From Puniceicoccaceae bacterium (GTDB lineage: Bacteria > Verrucomicrobiota > Verrucomicrobiia > Opitutales > Opitutaceae): 64,000 nt of DNA. A model generated the notes under the pieces. It did not search any database. It worked only from the letters and a program-made list of their open reading frames with translations, and was not told the origin of the DNA. The position numbers and the translations under genes are program-made. The DNA lies in assembly GCA_007695295.1 (NCBI GenBank), contig REEB01000196.1, positions 2,289-66,288 of the forward strand, written 5' to 3'. Positions 29,459-37,714 of the stretch are shown in pieces (the stretch's first letter is position 1; every line of letters begins with the position of its first letter).

Positions 29459-29505
29459 CCCCAGATATGGGGGTTAGGCGGGTGAGTGGCCCCAAGATGT
29501 TGGGG
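29459..29505. promoter_or_regulatory. Candidate tandem NrdR-box-like palindromes upstream of nrdJ
   Basis: CCCCAGATATGGGG (29459-29472) and CCCCAAGATGTTGGGG (29490-29505). Both are near-palindromes with AT-rich cores, centres 32 bp apart, lying 46-92 nt upstream of the nrdJ ATG. Confidence 0.3.
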
Positions 29506-29702
29506 TGGGGTGTTTACGACGGCCCAGGGGGTGGCGACAAGGATAAATTACCTAGGGGAAGTTAATTTTAATTCCAAGAAGGTAATCTATAAGGGGGAAG
29601 GAAGCTGCCGGAGGTGGAGCGGACCGGGCGCGCCGGAGTTTGGGATTGGCCTGTGGAGTCGGGCGTGATTGGGTGCAACGCGCCGTTCAAGCTTGAATCC
29701 TG

Positions 29703-30788
29703 ATGCCAGCCGCCATGACCCAGCTCCGCCACACCCTGCTCCTGCTGCTTCCTCTCCTCGCCCTGCCGCCGGCCCTGCTCTATCCGCAATCGGACGACGC
29801 CGAGGTCTGGACGGTGGCGACCCGCGAAGTGCCGCCCTTTGCCTGGAAAGACGACACGGGGTCCTGGCGGGGTCTGACGATCGAGCTGTGGGACCGGGTG
29901 GCGGAGGAACTGGGGCTGGAGCACCGCTACGTGGAGGCCGGGCTGGTGGAGATGATCGAAGGGGTGAGGGATGGTCGTTTTGCGGCGGCGGCGGCGGCGC
30001 TGACGATCACGGCCGAGCGGGAGGTCGTGGTGGATTTCACCCACCCCTTTCTCACCTCAGGGCTCGGGATCGCGGTCCGGGAGAGCAACGGGCTGAACTT
30101 CTACGCGGTTTTGCTGGCCTTCTTCAGGCCGGCTTTTCTTCAGGTGCTGCTGGCACTGGGGGCGGTGCTGGCGGGAGCGGGGCTGCTGGTCTGGCTCTTC
30201 GAACGCAAAGCCAATGCGGAACAGTTCGGCGGCCGGCCCGCGGAGGGCCTGGGGGCGGGGTTCTGGTGGTCGGCGGTGACCATGACCACGGTTGGCTACG
30301 GTGACAAAGCGCCGGTGACGCTGGGCGGGAGACTGGTGGCGTTGATCTGGATGTTCACCTGCGTCATCATCATTTCCACCTTCACCGCTTCAATCACCTC
30401 CTCACTGACGGTGGGCAGCCTCGGCTCGGCCATCCGCGGGGCGGAAGACCTGCCGCGCTTCCGGACTTCAACCCTGGAGGGCTCGACGAGCGAGGACTAC
30501 CTCCGGCAGATCCGTGCGCCGGTGGCGGTGTATCCAACTATTCGCGACGCCTTGCGGGCGGTGGCGGAGGAAGAGGTGGATGCCATGCTCTACGACGCCC
30601 CCATCCTGCAGTTCCTGACCCGTGACATGAAAGGCGTGGCGGTGCTCCCGCGGCTGGCCCAGCGGCAGGACTACGGCATCGCGCTGCCCTTGGGCAGCCC
30701 CGACCGCCAGCGGATCAACGTGGTCATGCTGGAGCTGATCCAGTCGGACTGGTGGTATGACCTGCGGGGGCGTTATCTGGGGGATTGA
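29703..30788 (+). CDS. GluR0-like ligand-gated K+ channel (periplasmic binding-protein lobes interrupted by an M1-P-M2 pore)
   Basis: Signal peptide. S1 lobe WTVATREVPPFAWKD...LTITAEREVVVDFTHPF. M1 LQVLLALGAVLAGAGLLVWLF. Pore helix plus filter FWWSAVTMTTVGYGD (TTVGYGD at 30285-30305). M2 LVALIWMFTCVIIISTFTASI. S2 lobe ...GSTSEDYL...DAMLYDAPIL. Confidence 0.85.
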   Translation: MPAAMTQLRHTLLLLLPLLALPPALLYPQSDDAEVWTVATREVPPFAWKDDTGSWRGLTIELWDRVAEELGLEHRYVEAGLVEMIEGVRDGRFAAAAAALTITAEREVVVDFTHPFLTSGLGIAVRESNGLNFYAVLLAFFRPAFLQVLLALGAVLAGAGLLVWLFERKANAEQFGGRPAEGLGAGFWWSAVTMTTVGYGDKAPVTLGGRLVALIWMFTCVIIISTFTASITSSLTVGSLGSAIRGAEDLPRFRTSTLEGSTSEDYLRQIRAPVAVYPTIRDALRAVAEEEVDAMLYDAPILQFLTRDMKGVAVLPRLAQRQDYGIALPLGSPDRQRINVVMLELIQSDWWYDLRGRYLGD

Positions 30789-30911
30789 GCGGACGGTAGA
30801 CCTGCGGGTCTTGGCGGGGCGAATGCAACGGCATCGCCGCCGCCGGGCCGGCGGCCAAGGCCATTCCATGTCCGGGAGGGCCTCCGGAGTGTGGGGACGG
30901 GGAGGATCGGG

Positions 30912-31637
30912 TCAGACCCGCTGGAGCTGTTGGAGTTCGTCGAGGTAGCGTTTTGAGCACTCAGGACATAGACCGTGGGAAAATTCGGCCTCGGTGTGCT
31001 TGCGGAGGTAGGTCTCGACCGGCATCCAAGTCGTGTCTTCGTCGCGGATTTTTTTGCACTGGGAACAGATCGGGAGCAGTCCTTCAAGGGTGCGGATCTT
31101 GTCGAGTGCAGCGGACAACTCCCGGTTTTTGGCCGCGATCTCCCGCCCGGCCCGGCGCAGCTCGAGGGCGGTCATGATTTGGCGGGCCAGGATCTCGAGG
31201 GCGTGGAACTGGTCGTCCCGGAGGCGGCGCGTACGGTAGTCGAGAACGCAGAGCGTGCCGAGAGCCTGCCCTCCTTTGGTCTCGAGGAGGGCGCCGGCAT
31301 AGAAGCGGAGGTGAGGCTTTCCCGTGACGAATGGATTGTCCTTGAAGCGGGGATCGCGGGTCAGGTCGGGCACGATGAAAAGCCCTTTTTGGAGGATGGC
31401 GTGGCGGCAGATGGAGACATCGAGCGGGGTCTCGCGCACGCCCAGGCCCAGCTCGGCCTTGAACCACTGGCGGTCGCGGTCGATCAGGTTGATGACAGCG
31501 ACGGGTGCGTGGCAGATGTTCGAGGCGAGTGAGACGAAGTCGTCGAAATCCTTCTCGGCCGGTGTATCGAGTATTTGATAGCTCTCCAGCGCTTGGAGGC
31601 GTGCTTCTTCCGCTTGGGGATTGTTGCAGTTGGTCAT
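30912..31637 (-). CDS. GAF-domain protein with a C-terminal CxxC...HGxCPxC putative zinc-binding module
   Basis: Trimmed to ATG 31635-31637. GAF segment LQALESYQILDTPAEKDFDDFVSLASNICHAPVAVINLIDRDRQWFKA...GTLCVLD. Coiled linker. Tail LPICSQCKKIRDEDTTWMPVETYLRKHTEAEFSHGLCPEC (30957-31067). Confidence 0.8.
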   Translation of the reverse strand: MTNCNNPQAEEARLQALESYQILDTPAEKDFDDFVSLASNICHAPVAVINLIDRDRQWFKAELGLGVRETPLDVSICRHAILQKGLFIVPDLTRDPRFKDNPFVTGKPHLRFYAGALLETKGGQALGTLCVLDYRTRRLRDDQFHALEILARQIMTALELRRAGREIAAKNRELSAALDKIRTLEGLLPICSQCKKIRDEDTTWMPVETYLRKHTEAEFSHGLCPECSKRYLDELQQLQRV

Positions 31638-31890
31638 GGAAACGGATGGAAGGCACCTGCCCGGAGGCGTTAAGCGCCGTTGCGGCGCTGTTTTCGGAAT
31701 CCCCCCGTCCTGGGGGTAGTAATGAGCAGAAAGGCCCTTTTGGCAAGTCGAGCACCCGTCTGCCGCCGGTCCCTGGCCGGCCAACCGTCCGCGCTTCGGG
31801 AGAGGTACCCGAACTCGGAGGTAGTGGTCGGTCGGTGACAACGAGGTGCGTGGCTTGACATCCGGCGCGAGGGTGCACGAGCTTTTCCCG

Positions 31891-32181
31891 ATGGAAAAAC
31901 CGGTGGTGCGGATCCGTTATTGCAGTCTCTGCAACTGGATGTTGCGGGCGGCTTGGATGGCGCAGGAGCTGCTCTCGACCTTCGGGCGCGAGCTGGGCGA
32001 AGTTCACCTTGTGCCGGACGAGACCGGCGGAGTTTTTGAAATCACCCTCGATGGGGACGGCCTCTGGGAGCGCAAGCGGGACGGCGGTTTTCCCGATGTG
32101 AAGACGCTCAAGCAGCGGGTGCGCGACCGGATCGCCCCGGACCGGGATCTCGGTCACTTGGATGGGCCGAAGCGGGAGTGA
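31891..32181 (+). CDS. SelW/SelT/SelH (Rdx) family thioredoxin-fold protein, Cys form
   Basis: Trimmed to ATG 31891. VRIRYCSLCNWMLRAAW carries the CxxC motif at the position that is CxxU in selenoprotein members. GGVFEI...G..LWERK.. is typical of Rdx proteins. Confidence 0.8.
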   Translation: MEKPVVRIRYCSLCNWMLRAAWMAQELLSTFGRELGEVHLVPDETGGVFEITLDGDGLWERKRDGGFPDVKTLKQRVRDRIAPDRDLGHLDGPKRE

Positions 32182-32220
32182 GGGCCGGCCTGGCGTTCGA
32201 CTCCGGAGGAGTGAAGCCGC

Positions 32221-32769
32221 TCAGGGCTGGAGGCCGAGCTTGAGTAGCTTCGGAGCGATGACCAGGCGACAGTAGGACTGGTCGGGATGGCGGTTGTAGT
32301 AGTCTTGGTGATACGCCTCAGCGGGGAAAAACGCGGGGGCGGGGAGGATTTCGGTCACGATCGGACCGCCCGCCCGCCCGGATTCTGAGAAGCGGTTCCG
32401 GGATTCGATCGCCCGGGCGTGTTGCTCTTCGTCGGTGCAGAAGATGACGGAGCGGTATTGGGTGCCGACATCGGCGCCCTGCCGGTTGAGGCTGGTGGGA
32501 TCGTGGATCGCCCAAAAGACCTCGAGGAGCTGCTCGAAAGAGACCTGCCCGGGATCGAACTCGATTTCGACGACCTCGGCATGACCGGTTTCGCCGGTGC
32601 AGACCGCTTCGTAGGTGGGATCGGGCACGACGCCCCCGGCGTAGCCCGGGCGGACCTGGAGGACGCCGTCGAGCCGTTGGAAAACCGTTTCCACACACCA
32701 AAAACAGCCGGCTCCAAAGACGGCCCTGGATCGCGGAGTGGCGGGAGTCGAACGGGTGGGTTCAGGCAT
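32221..32769 (-). CDS. msrA: Peptide methionine (S)-sulfoxide reductase
   Basis: Trimmed to ATG 32767-32769. Active site AVFGAGCFWCVE, GYAGG, HAEVV, DPTSLNRQG.D.GTQYRS. Confidence 0.95.
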   Translation of the reverse strand: MPEPTRSTPATPRSRAVFGAGCFWCVETVFQRLDGVLQVRPGYAGGVVPDPTYEAVCTGETGHAEVVEIEFDPGQVSFEQLLEVFWAIHDPTSLNRQGADVGTQYRSVIFCTDEEQHARAIESRNRFSESGRAGGPIVTEILPAPAFFPAEAYHQDYYNRHPDQSYCRLVIAPKLLKLGLQP

Positions 32770-32858
32770 GCGTTGATAAATGCAGCATCTTCGCGGAGAG
32801 TCAACGGGAGCGACGTCTGTTTGCCTGCCCTCCCGGCTACTCGGGTCGGTGCGCGGGA

Positions 32859-33692
32859 TCAAGCCTTGTGGCGGCGGGGGCGCCGCCGGTGTGCGCTGGC
32901 CGGGCTCTCGATGCGGCGGCAGATCTCGATGGTGCCGGTGATGCGGTCGTTCTCCACCAGCGGAATCAGTTGGCAGGAGACGAGGACCGGTTTGCCGCCG
33001 GCATTGAAGCGGCGGGTGCCGTGGCTTTCTTTACCGGCCAAGGCGGCCAGAAAATCCCCCTGCCAGGATTCGACTTCGGCGGGGTCCGCGAAAAGCTCGC
33101 CGCCGTCGGTGCCAGTGAGGAAACCCCAAGTGGCGGTGGAGGCCTCGGTCTGCCAGATGATGGTGCCGGTGGTGTCCCGGATCCAAAGATCGACCGGGAT
33201 CCGGTGCATGAGGTGGCGGATGAGGTTGTCGGCGCCGGCAAAAAGCTCGGCCAAGTGGTGTTGGACCTGGACCCGGCGGGTGATGCCGACCATGCGGGTG
33301 GGGTTGCCGGCGGCATCCTTTTCCACCACCTCGCCGGTCTGCTCGACCCAGACCCACTCGCCCTCCGGAGTGCGGAAGCGGTGTTCGATGCTCCAGAACT
33401 CGGTTTGGCCGCTGAGGTGATTGCGGAGGGTGGCGGCGACCGAGGGCAGGTCGTCGGGGTGGACCTGTTGCCACCAGAAGGAGGAAGAGGACTCGCATTC
33501 GGCGAGATTGAAGCCGAGGATGCACTGGACGGCGCTCTTGATGAGGAGATTTCCCGTGGCCGGGTTCCAGTCCCACCAGACCTGTTCTCCGGCCGAAAGG
33601 GAAGCGCGCAGGGGCTCGTCAAAGCCTCCGGTTTTGGTCAAACCGGGGTCGGGCGGGGGATTGCTGGTGGCATGGCGCTTTTTTCCGGCCAT
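32859..33692 (-). CDS. Tandem PAS-domain protein without a recognisable output domain
   Basis: First PAS block WWDWNPATGNL...FWWQQVHPDDL...HRFRTPEGEWVWVEQTGEVV.D..GNPTRMVGI. A second, weaker PAS-like block follows. Start could be ATG 33692 or 33743. Confidence 0.7.
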   Translation of the reverse strand: MAGKKRHATSNPPPDPGLTKTGGFDEPLRASLSAGEQVWWDWNPATGNLLIKSAVQCILGFNLAECESSSSFWWQQVHPDDLPSVAATLRNHLSGQTEFWSIEHRFRTPEGEWVWVEQTGEVVEKDAAGNPTRMVGITRRVQVQHHLAELFAGADNLIRHLMHRIPVDLWIRDTTGTIIWQTEASTATWGFLTGTDGGELFADPAEVESWQGDFLAALAGKESHGTRRFNAGGKPVLVSCQLIPLVENDRITGTIEICRRIESPASAHRRRPRRHKA

Positions 33693-33898
33693 CGGAAGGT
33701 ATCGGGACCTGAAAATCCTGCCGAGGTTCGGAAAAGAAGGCAAGAATGGTCGGGCTGGGCAGGCACCGGGGGGTGGAAAGGTCCTGCACTGGCGTCGGCC
33801 GCGCCACCGGGCGGCGTCCGCGAATTTGTTTGCGTTGGGTTCGCGGCGGCAGTTTTTCTCTTTGCTTTTCCCTGCAGAAACCTTTTTGCCACCGCACC

Positions 33899-35155
33899 AT
33901 GTCCGAACTTGTTGGAAACTGTCTTATCGGCCAATCCGGAGGTCCCACCGCCGTGATCAACGCCAGCCTCGCGGGCGCGATCACCGAGGCCCTCAATCAC
34001 TCTTGCATAGAGGAGGTGTACGGCTGCCTCAATGGTGTTCTCGGCATCCTCAACGAAGATCTGATCGACCTGGCGGCGGAGAGCCAGCAGACGATCCGGG
34101 CGCTTCGGCACACACCGGGAGCCGCGCTCGGCACCTGCCGGTTCAAGCTCAAGCGCCCGGCCGATTTTGAGCGGGTGCTGCAGGTCTTCGAGGCCCACAA
34201 TATCCGCTTTTTTTATTATGCCGGCGGGAACGACTCCCAGGACACCGCGGCCAGAATCTCCAGCCTCGCCCGTGAGCGCGGCTACGATCTTCGCGTCATC
34301 GGCATCCCGAAGACGATCGACAACGACCTCGTGACCACCGACCACTGTCCCGGCTATGGCAGTGTGATCAAGTTTCTCTGCACCACCGTGCGGGAGATGG
34401 CCTGTGATCACGAAGCCATGGGCCAAAACGATCTCGTCTCGATCGTCGAGTGCATGGGCCGCAACGCCGGGTGGATCGCCGCCGGTGCTTCCTTGGCAAA
34501 ACGGCGCGACCATCCCCACGATCCGCCCCATCTGATTTACCTTCCGGAAGTGCCGTTCACCCCGGAGAAGTTCCTCGAAGACGTGCAGCGGGTGCTCAAG
34601 CGTGAGCGCTACTGTATGGTGGTGGTGGGCGAAGGCCTCCTCGATCCGGATGGAAACTACGTCGCCACCTCCTCGGCGCAGACCGACAGTTTCGGGCATG
34701 CCCAGCTTGGAGGGGCGGGCGATTACCTCCGCGGACTGGTCGAATCCCGTCTCGGGCTCAAGGCCAGGGTGGCCCGCTTCGGCATCGCCCAGCGCGCGGC
34801 CGCCCATGCCGCTTCCAAGGCCGACGCCGATGAGGCCTTTCATGCCGGCGAAGCGGCGGTCCGCGCCTCTGTCAATGGCGAGACCGACAAGATGGTGCTG
34901 CTCCTGCGCGGCGATGCCGACACCTACCAGTGTGAAACCGGTCTCGCCCCGCTGGAAGAAATCGCCAACGGCGTCAAACGCATCCCCCGCGAATGGATCA
35001 ATGAAGACGGGGTGTCGATGAACTACCAGTTTTCCCGGTACGCTTTGCCGCTGATTCAGGGCGAAGTCCAGGTGCCCTACGAAAACGGGCTGCCCCAATA
35101 TGCCCGGCTGGACAACCACCGGGTGGACCGGGTGTTGGCCGCGCACGAATTCTGA
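33899..35155 (+). CDS. Phosphofructokinase family enzyme (6-phosphofructokinase / PPi-dependent Pfp type)
   Basis: Trimmed to ATG 33899. GQSGGPTAVINA, YAGGNDSQDTA, IGIPKTIDNDL, TDHCPGYGS. ATP versus PPi dependence cannot be decided by eye. Confidence 0.85.
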   Translation: MSELVGNCLIGQSGGPTAVINASLAGAITEALNHSCIEEVYGCLNGVLGILNEDLIDLAAESQQTIRALRHTPGAALGTCRFKLKRPADFERVLQVFEAHNIRFFYYAGGNDSQDTAARISSLARERGYDLRVIGIPKTIDNDLVTTDHCPGYGSVIKFLCTTVREMACDHEAMGQNDLVSIVECMGRNAGWIAAGASLAKRRDHPHDPPHLIYLPEVPFTPEKFLEDVQRVLKRERYCMVVVGEGLLDPDGNYVATSSAQTDSFGHAQLGGAGDYLRGLVESRLGLKARVARFGIAQRAAAHAASKADADEAFHAGEAAVRASVNGETDKMVLLLRGDADTYQCETGLAPLEEIANGVKRIPREWINEDGVSMNYQFSRYALPLIQGEVQVPYENGLPQYARLDNHRVDRVLAAHEF

Positions 35156-35204
35156 ACGGCAGGGGCTCTGCGTCCCCGGGGCTGCGGGCAGTGAGGGCGG
35201 GGGC

Positions 35205-36056
35205 TCAATCCTCGTCGCCCTCGGGCCACTCCATCCCACCGCCCGGCATCATCGCATCGATGAGGGCGAGAGGGAGGGTGCGCCCGAGGATCTCAACGTG
35301 CGGGGCGACGCGTGCCACGGTGGCGGGATCGACCCGCCAAGCTTCGAGCAGACGGGGCTCGGGTTCCTCCGCGCCACCACTCCCTTGATACACGAAGAGG
35401 GCGCGCAGAGAGATCTCCCGGAGCCAATTGTACTCCTCAATGGAGAGGCCGGCCTCGTGCAACTCCGCGACTTGGCGGCACTTGTAAGCCAGGGCGAGAT
35501 CGGTCACGCCGCGGCCGTGTTCGACCAATTCACGGATGTCGCCAAGGCCGCGCGCGGCTTCGAACCGATCGCGCAATTCTTCGATCCTCTGATCCAGCTC
35601 ATTGATGGTGGATTCGATCGTCTCCAGCAGGCCGGCTTCGACTGCGACGAGGGCTTCAATCTGTGCCTCGGTGGGGCGGCGGTCGGGCGGCGGTGACCAG
35701 CCCGGCTGCCGTGGGGCGGTCTCCTGGATTTGGTGGTATTCGTTGGAAAAGGACGCCAGCTCCGCAAAGCCTTCCCCAAATTTCTGGTAGAGGTAGAAGC
35801 CGCCCGCGGCGACCCCGAGCATCGCCAGCAGTGCGACCACCAGACAGCCAATCGCTACCTTTTTCACCGCGCCAGGGTGAGCCAAGCGGTTGGCCGAGGC
35901 AAGGCTTTCGCTTCCACCGGGCTGTGGTGGTTTTTCGGTTTTTGCCCTCTGACGTTCAATGCGGGGATCGTGGCGCTCATCGAAACGCTGTCCCTCAGTC
36001 CCGGCCCATGATGAAAGGAAAGCCCTTGGGCTCCGCGGCCATGGCCATGTTTGCAT
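35205..36056 (-). CDS. Single-pass membrane protein, function unknown
   Basis: ATG 36054-36056. Basic N-terminus, TM segment VAIGCLVVALLAMLGVAAGGFYLY, helical acidic C-terminal domain. No motif recognised. Confidence 0.5.
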   Translation of the reverse strand: MQTWPWPRSPRAFLSSWAGTEGQRFDERHDPRIERQRAKTEKPPQPGGSESLASANRLAHPGAVKKVAIGCLVVALLAMLGVAAGGFYLYQKFGEGFAELASFSNEYHQIQETAPRQPGWSPPPDRRPTEAQIEALVAVEAGLLETIESTINELDQRIEELRDRFEAARGLGDIRELVEHGRGVTDLALAYKCRQVAELHEAGLSIEEYNWLREISLRALFVYQGSGGAEEPEPRLLEAWRVDPATVARVAPHVEILGRTLPLALIDAMMPGGGMEWPEGDED

Positions 36057-36277
36057 TCGAGCCGCTCCGATCGTTCGTCAAGGAGCCGGAACCCTCCGAG
36101 GGTGGTGCGGCCCACTGTTGGTTCCGGGACCGATGCCGACCACCTGGCGAAGTGGTGAACCGCAACGTCCGAAACGACGATCTTGAGAGCAGGGTGGCCG
36201 ATCCCGCGCCGCTTTCCCGTGACGCAGGAAAGGGAAATGGGGGTTGAAGGAACCGGCCGGCGGGGCAGACTGATGCC

Positions 36278-37696
36278 ATGACGACTCAACGCGGGCGGTT
36301 TTTCACGAGCGTCTCCCGTTCGGTGGAGGCGGCGGCCCGGCATCTCAACATCGAAGCGGGATTGCTGGAGCAGATCCAGTGCTGCAACGCGGTTTACCGG
36401 ATGCGCTTTCCCGTCGAGCGCGAGGACGGCACCATCGAGGTGGTCGAGGCCTACCGCGCGGAGCACAGCCACCACCGTCTCCCGGTCAAGGGTGGTATCC
36501 GTTTTGCGCCTACAGTGAGCCAAGACGAGGTCATCGCCCTGGCCGCACTCATGACCTACAAGTGCGCGATTGTGGGGGTGCCCTTCGGCGGGGCCAAAGG
36601 CGGGGTGCGGGTCGATCCCTTTGCCCGGTCGCCCCGGTTTTTGGAGCGCATGACCCGCCGCTACACCACCGAACTGGTGAAGAAGAACTTCATCGGCCCC
36701 AGCATCGACGTCCCCGCGCCGGACTACGGCACCGGGGAGCGGGAGATGGCCTGGATCTGCGACACCTATGACGTGCTCTGCCCCAATGGGATGAACAATC
36801 ACGCCTGTGTCACTGGCAAGCCGCTCTCGCTGCATGGCATCCCGGGGCGGCGTGAGGCCACCGGGCTGGGGGTCTACCTTGGCATCCGGGAGGCGGTTGC
36901 GGAGGCGGAGGACATGGAGCCGCTCGGCTTGAAGCCGGGGCTGGAAGGCAAGCGGATCATCGTGCAGGGCTTGGGCAATGTCGGCTATTATGCGGCGCGC
37001 TACCTCCAGCAGGAGGGAGGGGCGGTAATTGTGGGCATCGCCGAGCGTGAGGGCGGGCTTTTTGATCCGAACGGGCTCGATGTGGAAGCGGTGTTCCGTT
37101 TGCGCAAGGAAAGCGGCAACCTGCTCAAGCTGGAGGTGGGAGAAAAAATCGCGCGCTCCGAGGAGCTTCTCGAGCGCGATTGCGACCTGCTCGTGCCGGC
37201 GGCGCTGGAGAACCAGATCACGGCGGAAAACGCTCCCCGGATCCGGGCGAAAATCGTCGCCGAGGCCGCCAATGGTCCGGTTGATTGGGAGGGCCAGGAG
37301 ATTCTCCGGCAACGCGGGGTGTTTATCATCCCCGATCTCTATCTCAACGCCGGCGGGGTGACGGTGTCGTACTTCGAGTGGTTGAAAAACCTCTCCCATG
37401 TGAGCTTCGACCGGATGACGTCCCGTTGGCAGGAGGAGTCGGCCCGCCGGTTGGTGGAGACAATCGAAGGGCTCGCCGGCAAGTCCGTGGAAGCGGTCAT
37501 GCGCCGAAAATTGATCAAGGGGCCGAAAGAGGTGGAGCTGGTCCATGCCGCTCTCGCCGAGACCATGACCACGGCCTACCGGCGCTTGCGCGGGCTCCAG
37601 CGGGAAAAGGATTTGCCTGATCTGCGCACGGCCGGCTTTGTCTATGCCCTCGGGCAGGTGGCGCTGACCTACCGCGACATGGGGATATTTCCCTGA
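36278..37696 (+). CDS. Glutamate dehydrogenase (Glu/Leu/Phe/Val dehydrogenase family)
   Basis: Catalytic region KGGIRFAP...LMTYKCAIVGVPFGGAKGGV and dinucleotide fold VQGLGNVGYYAA. Confidence 0.9.
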   Translation: MTTQRGRFFTSVSRSVEAAARHLNIEAGLLEQIQCCNAVYRMRFPVEREDGTIEVVEAYRAEHSHHRLPVKGGIRFAPTVSQDEVIALAALMTYKCAIVGVPFGGAKGGVRVDPFARSPRFLERMTRRYTTELVKKNFIGPSIDVPAPDYGTGEREMAWICDTYDVLCPNGMNNHACVTGKPLSLHGIPGRREATGLGVYLGIREAVAEAEDMEPLGLKPGLEGKRIIVQGLGNVGYYAARYLQQEGGAVIVGIAEREGGLFDPNGLDVEAVFRLRKESGNLLKLEVGEKIARSEELLERDCDLLVPAALENQITAENAPRIRAKIVAEAANGPVDWEGQEILRQRGVFIIPDLYLNAGGVTVSYFEWLKNLSHVSFDRMTSRWQEESARRLVETIEGLAGKSVEAVMRRKLIKGPKEVELVHAALAETMTTAYRRLRGLQREKDLPDLRTAGFVYALGQVALTYRDMGIFP

Positions 37697-37714
37697 AAGG
37701 GGCCGGCGGCCGGC

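Noticed and set aside
29414-29702. Cobalamin riboswitch in the nrdJ 5' region.
   Set aside because: I could find no B12-box-like element or the characteristic multi-stem core on the minus strand. B12 riboswitches usually control the B12-independent RNRs, not nrdJ itself.
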